Shown here: positions 1 through 8,705 of the stretch, one piece after another | How positions within the stretch are numbered: position 1 is the stretch's first letter | How the letters are laid out: every line of letters starts with the position of its first letter | Assembly (NCBI GenBank): GCA_013166835.1 | Contig: JABLTI010000032.1 | Location: 1-25,834, forward strand | Reading direction: 5' to 3' | Length of the DNA: 25,834 bases | Source of the DNA: Promethearchaeati archaeon | Lineage (GTDB): Archaea > Asgardarchaeota > Heimdallarchaeia > JABLTI01 | The notes under the pieces: model-generated | Databases searched by the model: none | The model's input: the letters and a program-made list of their open reading frames with translations, nothing else | Told to the model about the DNA's origin: nothing | Position numbers and translations under genes: made by a program

Positions 1-2
1 CT

Positions 3-395
3 ATTGAAAAAGCTATGGAGTTGTATCCTTTTCATCACAGTTCTGTGCGAAATGCTAGGACTGCAGTTAATTGGCTCCTTTATTTTCCAAGATTAATTTA
101 TTCCTTACTTCATAAGGATATTATTGGAAAATCTGATAGCGCATTTTGGTTTCAAAAAGAATATAACAATCCGCTAGGAGAATTCCTCGTTGAAATCGCT
201 AAATGTAGACAAGAAGATGCTTTTATCCATGATGTTAAGGATCTTGTATTAAACAGTAGAAAACTTATTCTTTTTACTTTAGAAAAAATTCTCGAAATTA
301 AAGGTGTGGATGCTAACTTGAGTAATTTAGTTAGTATTGATTTATTTAGAATGAATTTCTATCCTGTATTCAGAGAATTTAAAGAGTTAATATAG
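3..395 (+). CDS. Hypothetical protein, 5'-truncated by window edge
   Basis: Frame is open from position 3 (ATT GAA AAA GCT ATG...) to TAG at 393-395; no recognisable motif. Confidence 0.6.
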   Translation: MEKAMELYPFHHSSVRNARTAVNWLLYFPRLIYSLLHKDIIGKSDSAFWFQKEYNNPLGEFLVEIAKCRQEDAFIHDVKDLVLNSRKLILFTLEKILEIKGVDANLSNLVSIDLFRMNFYPVFREFKELI

Positions 396-404
396 AAAAA
401 ATAT

Positions 405-424
405 GGAAGCTAAAGTAAGCTTCC
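405..424. terminator. Inverted repeat GGAAGCT-N6-AGCTTCC between convergent genes (putative terminator)
   Basis: Perfect 7-bp arms (405-411, 418-424) lie between the stops at 395 and 450, with an A-run just upstream (U-run on the minus strand). Confidence 0.45.
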
Positions 425-449
425 TAAATATACCTAAAATTTTTCAATG

Positions 450-1364
450 CTATTTAATACTATATTCCTTTATTACAGTTAAATATCGATTCGTTTCCTT
501 GTATCCAAGTTTTTTATAGAGATTGTAAGCAGCAATATTATCAACAGTAACATCTAAAACCATCTGATCAACATTAGCCTTTTTGCAATTCTCATGAGCT
601 TTCAACATGAGATATTTACCCAAACCTTTTCCACGATGCTCATGTAATAATGCAATTATCCAGATATAAGATGCTTTTTCAGAAATATTAGTAATAATAT
701 TAACTCCTACAATTTTATCATTTCTAAGAACAATTGGACTATCATCTCTACGACGATCGCCATCCATATTACTACTAAAGAAGAATTTCTTCAAAATATC
801 TAGGTTTGAGAATTGGAGGAAAATTTCTCCATCTATGTGGTTTTTATTCGCATCAACAATTATTTGTAATTCTTCATCTAATCTGTCAAGTGAAAAATAA
901 TCATGCTGATAATCCGAATCCAATACAAATTCTGGAATTAGGTTTTCTTTTAAATCATAAACCATTTTTACTCTCTGAAAGACAGTAAAATCATTTTCTA
1001 CTAATTTTTGCTCAAGCTTAAGACTATTAACAATAAATATTTGTAGAAAATTTTTCTTGAGTGATTCTAGTTGTTTTGTTACGTAAGTAATCAACTCAAA
1101 AATTATAGAGTCATATTCTTCACTTTTCTTTACAAATAATCTATGTGTTCTAATGATTTCTTCTGCAATTTCACAAGACATAAAACCGACAGACACATCA
1201 TTTACAGTAGCAAGAAAATAAATAGTATCTTCTCTTTTGAAATGATTTTCGTAATTTTGAATTCGTTCAATTGTTTTTTCTTTAGATAATCGATTTTCTT
1301 TACAAAAATCATGTAATATCAGTTTTAATTTCTCAAATTTCTTTACTTCTAGAATATCTATCAA
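450..1364 (-). CDS. GNAT family N-acetyltransferase (tandem GNAT fold)
   Basis: C-terminal acetyl-CoA motif A (HRGKGLGKYLM) and NIAAYNLYKKLGY; degenerate N-terminal GNAT domain; TTG start preceded by GGGGG RBS. Confidence 0.85.
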   Translation of the reverse strand: MIDILEVKKFEKLKLILHDFCKENRLSKEKTIERIQNYENHFKREDTIYFLATVNDVSVGFMSCEIAEEIIRTHRLFVKKSEEYDSIIFELITYVTKQLESLKKNFLQIFIVNSLKLEQKLVENDFTVFQRVKMVYDLKENLIPEFVLDSDYQHDYFSLDRLDEELQIIVDANKNHIDGEIFLQFSNLDILKKFFFSSNMDGDRRRDDSPIVLRNDKIVGVNIITNISEKASYIWIIALLHEHRGKGLGKYLMLKAHENCKKANVDQMVLDVTVDNIAAYNLYKKLGYKETNRYLTVIKEYSIK

Positions 1365-1367
1365 ATT

Positions 1368-1438
1368 AATCCCCCAATAAATGGATATTTTGATTATTAT
1401 AGCATTATTAAATAAAATTCATATTAGTCTTGAAAAAA
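1368..1438 (-). promoter_or_regulatory. Leader/promoter region, copy 1 (duplicated at 5761-5833)
   Basis: aatcccccaat (RBS on minus strand) plus the 28-bp block aataaaattcatattagtcttgaaaaaa, 26/28 identical to 5806-5833. Confidence 0.65.
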
Positions 1439-1566
1439 GAAGTAGTGAACACCATTAGATTGGTTCACGTAATGAGTAGATGTGAAGGTATTGTCAGTTT
1501 TTCTTGTTAATAAAATTAAAGTATCATTTTGTTATCAATATTAATGGAAGTATTAGAAGTGAGAAA

Positions 1567-2955
1567 ATGATAAATTTGAATATAAAAAATGGAAAAGTGT
1601 TTTTGGAAAACAAACTCATTGATGCAGATTTGTTTATTGATAAGGGAAAAATAAAATTAATAACTAAAGATAACTCTCTTCCGAAAGCTCAAACAATAAT
1701 TGATGCAACTAATAAAATTATAATCCCAGGAGGAATAGATGTACACACTCACATTTTAGATTTGATTTACTCTTATAGAGATGATTTTTATACAGGAACT
1801 CAAGCTGCCGCTTCCGGAGGAATAACGACAGTATTAGAAATGCCCTTAGGAATTGAGGGAAAATCAGCCATTGAATCTTTTGAGATGCAGTTAGAAGCAA
1901 TGCAAAAGAAGTGTACTGTAGATTATGGTTTAATTGGTGCAGCAGGACATAATACCATTGATTCTATACAAGAATTAACTCGAAAAGGAGTAGTGGGTTT
2001 CAAGACATTCATGATAAACGCTCCTGAGGAAGAAGCAGAACTAAAAGATCTAGCTGCTAAAAATGATTATTTCTTATTGAAGATTTTTTCAGAAATAGCA
2101 AAAACAGGATTAGTTAGTAGTGTTCATGCGGAGAATGATGCAATAATAAGTCATGAAATAGAGAGATTAATTGCTCAAGGTAAAAAAGATTTTCAAGCAC
2201 ACACCGATTCCAGGCCAGTTATTTCTGAAGATGAAGCTTGTCTGAGAGCAATGGTTCTAGCTAATCATGTAAACGCAAAGCTGAATCTTGTTCATATGAG
2301 TTCAGGAACTGCTTTTGACTATATTAGGAGAGCAAAAGCAATGGGATGGGATGTCTCTTGTGAGATTACACCACATCATCTCTTATTTACAACAGAAGAA
2401 GCCAAGAAAATTGGACCTTGGCTAAAGGTAAACCCACCAATACGATCAAAGGAACATAATGTTGCTGCTTGGAAGGCTTTGAATGATGGAACAATTGATT
2501 TCATTGCTAGTGATCATTCACCCTACAGTCATGAGGAGAAAGACGTAAAATCAAAGGATAATAACTTCTTTGAATGCGGTTCCGGCACTCCAACTCTTGA
2601 AACAATGCTCCCAGTTATGTTAGATGCTGTTAACAAGAAAAGATTATCACTTAACAGACTTGTTGAAGCCATATCTATTACTCCAGCAAAAAGATTTGGT
2701 TTGTATCCTCGAAAAGGAGTAATCAAAGTAGGAGCAGATGCAGATCTTGTTATTATTGATATGCAAAAGGAATATACTCTGAAAAATGAAGATATGATTA
2801 CAAAATCCAAGATAACTATTTTTGATGGAATGAAGATACAAGGAAAAATCGAGCAGACTATTGTAAGAGGGAATGTTGTTTACGATAGAGGAAAGTTTCC
2901 TGTGAAGAAAGGCTATGGAGAATACATTACTCCTAATCCGGATTATATCTCCTAA
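1567..2955 (+). CDS. allB: Allantoinase/dihydroorotase-like cyclic amidohydrolase
   Basis: PGGIDVHTH, GTQAAASGGITT, GFKTFM (carboxylated Lys), VHAEND, VHMSS, KVNPPIR, ASDHSP, GADADLVI. The SDHSP and GFKxF motifs favour allantoinase. ATG 1567 preferred over TTG 1504. Confidence 0.75.
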   Translation: MINLNIKNGKVFLENKLIDADLFIDKGKIKLITKDNSLPKAQTIIDATNKIIIPGGIDVHTHILDLIYSYRDDFYTGTQAAASGGITTVLEMPLGIEGKSAIESFEMQLEAMQKKCTVDYGLIGAAGHNTIDSIQELTRKGVVGFKTFMINAPEEEAELKDLAAKNDYFLLKIFSEIAKTGLVSSVHAENDAIISHEIERLIAQGKKDFQAHTDSRPVISEDEACLRAMVLANHVNAKLNLVHMSSGTAFDYIRRAKAMGWDVSCEITPHHLLFTTEEAKKIGPWLKVNPPIRSKEHNVAAWKALNDGTIDFIASDHSPYSHEEKDVKSKDNNFFECGSGTPTLETMLPVMLDAVNKKRLSLNRLVEAISITPAKRFGLYPRKGVIKVGADADLVIIDMQKEYTLKNEDMITKSKITIFDGMKIQGKIEQTIVRGNVVYDRGKFPVKKGYGEYITPNPDYIS

Positions 2956-3604
2956 TTTTACTCGTAGAAACACCGTATTTTACTAAACCTATTGCAATAA
3001 TCAATGCACAAACCACACCATCTAAGACTGGGACACCGAGTTTTTTCTGCATTTTCTTGTCTAATCCGGTCATTCCTGCACATCCAAGTACAATAACCTC
3101 AGCCTTATCTTCTTCGATTGCTAGTTTTGCTGCTTGCATATATTTTTCTTCGCCACTAAGCTTACTCACATCACCTTCTGGCTCTCTTACAGAAGCCATT
3201 ACATCTTGTAGATGATATTTCCGGATTACCGCTTCTTTGTTTGGCACAGAGTGTTTTGCACCTGAAACAACTGAAAACTTGTGGCCAAGCATAGAAGCAA
3301 TTTTCATAGAAGCTTCTCCAATACCAACAACAGGTTTCTTGGTAATTTCTTTCATAGCATCAAGATTAGGGTCACAGTGACAAGCATTGATGAAAGCATC
3401 AAATTTCTCTTCATTTTCCCTCACTAATCGAATCATTCCTGGAGCGGTTTTAATTTCATCTTCATATGTTTCAATGAATCTAGGTGCATCGGGATTAGAT
3501 TGACATATAACCTCATATTCACCTTTAGCGAAACTTTCTGCAGTTTTCTGTATTGCTTTTGTCATCCCCAAATCACTGTTTGGATTGATAATCAAGATTT
3601 TCAT
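2933..3604 (-). CDS. Hydantoin/allantoin racemase (Asp/Glu/hydantoin racemase family)
   Basis: MKILIINPNS start, NACHCDP and VLGCAGM catalytic Cys motifs, PVVGIGEAS, GVPVLDGV. Confidence 0.9.
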   Translation of the reverse strand: MKILIINPNSDLGMTKAIQKTAESFAKGEYEVICQSNPDAPRFIETYEDEIKTAPGMIRLVRENEEKFDAFINACHCDPNLDAMKEITKKPVVGIGEASMKIASMLGHKFSVVSGAKHSVPNKEAVIRKYHLQDVMASVREPEGDVSKLSGEEKYMQAAKLAIEEDKAEVIVLGCAGMTGLDKKMQKKLGVPVLDGVVCALIIAIGLVKYGVSTSKIRRYNPD

Positions 3605-5016
3605 TTTTTATACTCCTTAGCGAGAGCTCTTACTCTCGAGATTGTTTCCATTAATGCCAAGGTTGTTACTATAGGCGAAATTGCCACTACTCGTAAGACA
3701 ACTTTATCATCAAGTTTTGTTAAAGAGATTGTCCGATCTCTTTCTGCCATAATTCTATCATATACATGTCTTTGTAAGTTATCTAACTCTTTCTCTGGAA
3801 AACCATTTGGAGCTATCCTAAAACACAGTATACCCGTATCTGGTTGATGGCATAATTCTATATCACTTTCTTTCTTAAGGTTCTCATAAAACTCTTTAAC
3901 TGCTACAAGTGGTGACTGAAGTCTTTCTATAACCTTAGTCATTCCTTGGTATCGTAGAGAAGTTACAAGAGCTAAAGTAGAGAAAGGTCGAGTAGAGGGA
4001 GGAGACTTTAATCCAGGATTAGGTTCTGGATCTTCTCTTCGATTAAAGTATTCACTGTAAATGGTCATCCTTCCAAAATCTTCCCATCGTTTAACAAAAA
4101 GTAACGAATTTGGTATAGGAATACCAAGTTGTTTGTGTGGATTCCAACACAATGAGTCTGCTAGTTCTGCACCTTCGAATAAATGCTTCCATTCTGGAAC
4201 TAAGCTATAAGCAAAACCATAAGCTCCATCAATATGTAGCCAAGCTCCGATTTCTTTGCAAATTTTCGCAGTTGGTAAAGCAGGATCTACAGAACCAGTG
4301 GATGTTGTCCCAGTGGTAATAAATACACAGAAAATATCCTTTGATTCCTGTAATTTTTCTATGGTTTCTTTCATTTGATTAACGTCAATTCGACGATTTG
4401 TATCAACAGGTAAAAATCTTAGACTTTCTTCTCCAAGCCCCAACATACGTACAGCATGTTTTATAGAGAAATGAGCATCTTTAGAAGTTAAAACTATCAA
4501 TCGACTGGGATCTTTGAAGCCCTTCAAGCCTTTTTCTGCGAGATTAAATCCTTCCTTTTCTGCTTGTTTATGTAAGGCGAGATATAGAGCTTCTTGATTT
4601 CCATATGTTCCAGACGCCATGAATGTAGCATCAGCACTAGGAGAAAAACCAAAGAGTCGGCACATTGCCTTACAACAGAGTTCTTCTAGCATAACTCCTC
4701 CTGGTGAAACTTGCCAATTTGTCACTCCCTGATTATACGAGAGAGCAATCATTGCTCCAAATTCAGCTCCTTTCTCTGGGAAAGCATTGAACATAGATTG
4801 AAAACCAGACTGATCATATCGCATTAAATGAGGAATTAATCGGTCTTCTATCATTTTATCTAAAGCTTCAAGCGATAATCCTTCATCTTGAAAATCAACA
4901 AAAGGTTTCAAATCTACAGCCATTTCATCAGGAGTAGCTTTTGAACAAATAGGTATTTTCGTATCTTTACTCATTCTAATCAGCTTACCAGAAATGATTT
5001 GTGAGTTTTCATCCAC
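3601..5016 (-). CDS. Group II PLP-dependent amino acid decarboxylase
   Basis: AHFSIKHA, TTGTTSTGSVDP, WLHIDGAYG, WNPHKQLG (PLP Lys). ATGA overlap with the racemase start. True start may be ATG 4974. Confidence 0.88.
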   Translation of the reverse strand: MDENSQIISGKLIRMSKDTKIPICSKATPDEMAVDLKPFVDFQDEGLSLEALDKMIEDRLIPHLMRYDQSGFQSMFNAFPEKGAEFGAMIALSYNQGVTNWQVSPGGVMLEELCCKAMCRLFGFSPSADATFMASGTYGNQEALYLALHKQAEKEGFNLAEKGLKGFKDPSRLIVLTSKDAHFSIKHAVRMLGLGEESLRFLPVDTNRRIDVNQMKETIEKLQESKDIFCVFITTGTTSTGSVDPALPTAKICKEIGAWLHIDGAYGFAYSLVPEWKHLFEGAELADSLCWNPHKQLGIPIPNSLLFVKRWEDFGRMTIYSEYFNRREDPEPNPGLKSPPSTRPFSTLALVTSLRYQGMTKVIERLQSPLVAVKEFYENLKKESDIELCHQPDTGILCFRIAPNGFPEKELDNLQRHVYDRIMAERDRTISLTKLDDKVVLRVVAISPIVTTLALMETISRVRALAKEYKK

Positions 5017-5107
5017 AATTCTTATTTCTGGAATTATAGCTATTTCTACTTTTCTTTCTCAAAATACATGGAAGCAGAGATTGGAATTATAATCTAGTTA
5101 AATTCCT

Positions 5108-5410
5108 TTAATCTTCAATTTTTTCTAGTTTGAAAGATACAGGGCGAATACCATCAGGACAGGTAGTATATGCAGTTCCAGGCTCGAAAGCTGGATAATT
5201 ACCTCCAAATCTAAACATTTTGATTGAAGGGTAAATCGCAGCCCAAGCAGAATTACAAAAGTTTTCTGGAATGTTTCCATCAATACTAATGAATGATTCT
5301 CCTTCTTGTAAATCACACTTGACGATTTTTTTGCCAGAAGGCAGGAAAAAATCGCGACCTATTACATCTTTTGGCTCAAATCTCTTCACAACAGTTATTT
5401 TAAATTTCAT
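5108..5410 (-). CDS. TIGR04076 family protein
   Basis: KITVVK...C...PENFCNSAW..IYP...FGG...CPDGIRPVSFKLEKIE; start set at ATG 5410. Confidence 0.8.
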   Translation of the reverse strand: MKFKITVVKRFEPKDVIGRDFFLPSGKKIVKCDLQEGESFISIDGNIPENFCNSAWAAIYPSIKMFRFGGNYPAFEPGTAYTTCPDGIRPVSFKLEKIED

Positions 5411-5442
5411 CTGAATCATCATTTCCTTTTGATAGATAAAAT

Positions 5443-5757
5443 TCATTCTTCAATTCGTTCTAATTTGAAGCAAACAGGACGTATGCCATCTGGGCAAGCA
5501 ACGAACATAGTTCCTGGTTCAGTCCAGCTTTCCCAGAAATTTCCTCCGAATGCCAGAACCATAGCTTCCGGCTGAATAGCTCTCCAACCAAAACCACAAA
5601 AACCTTCTGGTTTTTCGCCATCATTTGAAATCAATACTTGACCTTCCTCAAAGACAGAGCAAACCGGAATGATTTCGCCTTTCGGATTTTTATAATCCTC
5701 ACCAAAAACATCTTTGGAATTGAATTTCTTAATTACAGTAACTTTTACTTTCGCCAA
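5443..5757 (-). CDS. TIGR04076 family protein
   Basis: KVTVIK...CSVFEEGQ...PEGFCGFGW...FGG...CPDGIRPVCFKLERIE; tandem paralog of 5108-5410; TTG start. Confidence 0.82.
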   Translation of the reverse strand: MAKVKVTVIKKFNSKDVFGEDYKNPKGEIIPVCSVFEEGQVLISNDGEKPEGFCGFGWRAIQPEAMVLAFGGNFWESWTEPGTMFVACPDGIRPVCFKLERIEE

Positions 5758-5760
5758 AAA

Positions 5761-5833
5761 AATCCCCCAATTAAATTGTTATTATGAATAATACTGTATT
5801 ACTATAATAAAATTCACATTAGTCTTAAAAAAA
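5761..5833 (-). promoter_or_regulatory. Leader/promoter region, copy 2 (duplicated at 1368-1438)
   Basis: aatcccccaat at 5761-5771 and aataaaattcacattagtcttaaaaaaa at 5806-5833. Confidence 0.65.
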
Positions 5834-5983
5834 CGGATAATGAGAAAGTGATTCTCAAAATTATGAGAATGAATTCTGGAGTTTTACTAATGTTTATATT
5901 ATCTAGAATAATAAGTTAAAGTGATTTTGCAAAAATTATGTGTTTGACGTTACTGCATGATCTTAAGATTGGAGTTATTTAAG

Positions 5984-7054
5984 ATGAAAATAAAAAAAGT
6001 ATCGATTCTTAGTCTCATTATTTTAACGAGTAGTTTTTTTGTTCGATTAAACATTAATTCTACAAGTGGCGAGAATTTAGTCTTCACAAGAATGGGACAA
6101 TTTGAGGAGTGTTATTTTGCTTTTGATGTGCAAGTAGTGAATAACATAGCTTACATAGCTGATGCCGGCAATGGTTTCTGGATTCTAAATGTGAGTAATT
6201 CAGCTGAGCCAACAGAATTATCTCATAAACTATTAGGCGGTGTAGAGCATTGTGTATATGTTGAAAATAATATTGCTTTTGTTGCGGATTATAATAATGG
6301 GTTAATAATTTTTGATGTCACTAATCCTTTCAATCCACTACAAATTGGTCAATATACTAATGGAAATGCAATTAGTTTTGTTGATAATGAGAATGATTTA
6401 GCTTGTATAGGAGATCCTTTCCTATCGATACTTAATATTAGTGATTTAGCACTTTCAATAGAAATTTATCGAGATGAAGATTTACCAATTATTGATTTAA
6501 TTATAAAAGAAGACATTCTTTTCTGCTTAGAACTCTTTCAAGGACTGACAATTCTGAATATTAGTAATCCTGCTTTACCTGTGGTAATTGATCAATGGTT
6601 AAGTGCAGGTCCTATGTATCGGGATATTGAGATTCAAGATGATGTTATTTTTATTGCAAGCAATATTGGATTAAAAGCTCTAAATATTAGCGATCTTACA
6701 AATCTCCAAGAGATTGTTTTAGATACAGGTGGTAATGCAGTAAGAAGCTTATATATTTCAAATAATTTACTCTATTTAGTTGAATCTGATGAGAATCTAA
6801 TAGCATTTAACATTACAGACATTGATAACATCGAGAAAGTTGGCCAGTACACAGAGTCTGGAGGAGTTTTAAATTCAGTATTTGTTTCAAATGATGTTAT
6901 TTATACTACTGCACAAAGTGATGGATTAATTATCATTGGAAAAGAATCAAGCACTAACATAAGTGAAATGTATTCAGCTCCATATATTATTGGATTATTT
7001 TGTTTGACTGTGATAAGCACAATTAATTTTATGAAACGAAAGAAGCGTAGGTAA
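5984..7054 (+). CDS. LVIVD-repeat beta-propeller surface protein with C-terminal membrane anchor
   Basis: Signal-like N-terminus; repeats such as AYIADAGNGFWILNVSN, AFVADYNNGLIIFDVTNP, GLTILNISNP; C-terminal hydrophobic helix followed by KRKKRR. Confidence 0.82.
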   Translation: MKIKKVSILSLIILTSSFFVRLNINSTSGENLVFTRMGQFEECYFAFDVQVVNNIAYIADAGNGFWILNVSNSAEPTELSHKLLGGVEHCVYVENNIAFVADYNNGLIIFDVTNPFNPLQIGQYTNGNAISFVDNENDLACIGDPFLSILNISDLALSIEIYRDEDLPIIDLIIKEDILFCLELFQGLTILNISNPALPVVIDQWLSAGPMYRDIEIQDDVIFIASNIGLKALNISDLTNLQEIVLDTGGNAVRSLYISNNLLYLVESDENLIAFNITDIDNIEKVGQYTESGGVLNSVFVSNDVIYTTAQSDGLIIIGKESSTNISEMYSAPYIIGLFCLTVISTINFMKRKKRR

Positions 7055-7130
7055 GGAGTAAATTGAGTAATAAAACGATTGTGAGGTATTTAATTACAGA
7101 AATAAAATTGGTATCATTGTGGGATGAATC

Positions 7131-8231
7131 ATGAAAAAGAAAACTAAGAACCTAATAATTATTGGATTTATTATCTATTATCTGGTATTTTGCAGTTTGG
7201 GGATATTCATTACAAATGAAGATTATTTCGTTACAGCTAGTACAAATGGAGACACCTTATATGTGAATTTCTTAGGAGAGGTGGATATTGGTGTTGGTTA
7301 TAAAATAAGACTGGAAAACGAGAGAGCATATGTTTCTTCTAATAATGGAGTTGAAATAATTGATATTCAAAATCCGACAGCACCTTCGTTAATTGGAACT
7401 TATGATGAGGGAGCAATGGGTTTTGATGTAAAAGATAATATTCTGTTTACTGTGGACGCAAACGGATTAATAGTGGTTAATGCTACCAATGCTAATGCTC
7501 TTGAAGTAATAGGAACTTCAGATACCGGTCAATGGGCATATAATGTGAGATTAAATAACACGTTAGTTTTTGCAATCTCCGAAGGAGATATTGATGTTTA
7601 TGACATAACCGATCTTAACAATCCACTAAGAGTTGGACAATATCTTGATACAGGAAGAGGAAATGACATCATTATCAACGGAGAAACAGCTTATTATGCG
7701 GATCCTGATGAAGGATTAGAAGTAATTAATGTTTCAGATCATACTAATCCAGTGAAGATTCGAACTGTAAGTAATACACATGGAGCTTGGGATCTATGCA
7801 TAAATAATGACCTACTGTATCTTGGTTGTCATGGAGCAGGATTAAGAGTATTAGATATATCAAATCCAACAAATCCCGCGATTATTAAGCAATTTAATGA
7901 CGGAGGGGAAGTCTATGGTGTTTGTGGAAATGACACGTATATTTTTCTTGGAGACCTGCAAGAAGGAGTGGAAGTTTTGAACTATACAAGTTCATACACT
8001 TTACCAGAGATCGCTAGTTATGTAGCAACACCTCATGATATTGATTTTAATGAAAATTTTATCTATTTAGCTGACCAGGATAATGGTTTCATATTATTAG
8101 AATTAAGTCCAACACAAAACACTAACACAGCAGGATCAAATTTGTACTTTGCGTTTCTAATTCTACCGTTATTGGGTGTAAGAATAATCATCCAATTAAA
8201 GCATAGGAGAAAAAATAACACTAAAACTTGA
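7131..8231 (+). CDS. LVIVD-repeat beta-propeller surface protein with C-terminal membrane anchor
   Basis: N-terminal signal/TM; repeats GVEIIDIQNP, GLEVINVSDH, GLRVLDISNP, YLADQDNGFIL; C-terminal TM followed by KHRRKN. Confidence 0.85.
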   Translation: MKKKTKNLIIIGFIIYYLVFCSLGIFITNEDYFVTASTNGDTLYVNFLGEVDIGVGYKIRLENERAYVSSNNGVEIIDIQNPTAPSLIGTYDEGAMGFDVKDNILFTVDANGLIVVNATNANALEVIGTSDTGQWAYNVRLNNTLVFAISEGDIDVYDITDLNNPLRVGQYLDTGRGNDIIINGETAYYADPDEGLEVINVSDHTNPVKIRTVSNTHGAWDLCINNDLLYLGCHGAGLRVLDISNPTNPAIIKQFNDGGEVYGVCGNDTYIFLGDLQEGVEVLNYTSSYTLPEIASYVATPHDIDFNENFIYLADQDNGFILLELSPTQNTNTAGSNLYFAFLILPLLGVRIIIQLKHRRKNNTKT

Positions 8232-8296
8232 ATTAAATTTATGAAAGTAATTATTTAGATTAAAAAAAATCAGTTTGTTTCCCACAATACAAATTA

Positions 8297-8620
8297 CTAT
8301 AATGCTTCTTGAAGGATTTTTTGCGAAAGTTCTTCAAGTAAATTATGATCAAGTAAGTCTATGAGTTCTTTTATTTTTTTATTCGATAATTTATACATTT
8401 TTTTGGTGCCATCACGTCGATCAGTTACAATTCCGCTTTCTCTAAGGATTCGAAGGTGCCTTGAAACTAAAGGTTGAATTATAGTTAATTGTTCAACGAT
8501 TTCACAAACACATTTCTCACCATTAGCAAGGAAATCTATGATCTCAAGTCTAATTGGGTCAGCTAATGCTTTGAAGAACTTCGTCTTGATTGATTTTTCA
8601 TTTTGCATTACCGAATTCAT
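8297..8620 (-). CDS. arsR: ArsR/SmtB family transcriptional repressor (CVC metal/metalloid site)
   Basis: FFKALADPIRLEII, GEKCVCEI, QPLVSRHLRILRESGIV winged HTH. Start could also be ATG 8608. Confidence 0.9.
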   Translation of the reverse strand: MNSVMQNEKSIKTKFFKALADPIRLEIIDFLANGEKCVCEIVEQLTIIQPLVSRHLRILRESGIVTDRRDGTKKMYKLSNKKIKELIDLLDHNLLEELSQKILQEAL

Positions 8621-8633
8621 AAGAAAAAGCTAA

Positions 8634-8661
8634 ATATAACAATATTTAAATATTATTATAT
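8634..8661. promoter_or_regulatory. Putative ArsR operator (28-bp inverted repeat) in the divergent promoter
   Basis: atataac-aatatttaaatatt-attatat: perfect 14-bp palindromic core, 13 of 14 arm positions complementary; lies between arsR and the downstream operon. Confidence 0.6.
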
Positions 8662-8705
8662 CGCTCAAGACAATAGACAAGAATTGTAAAGTTCTGAGAG
8701 TTTTT

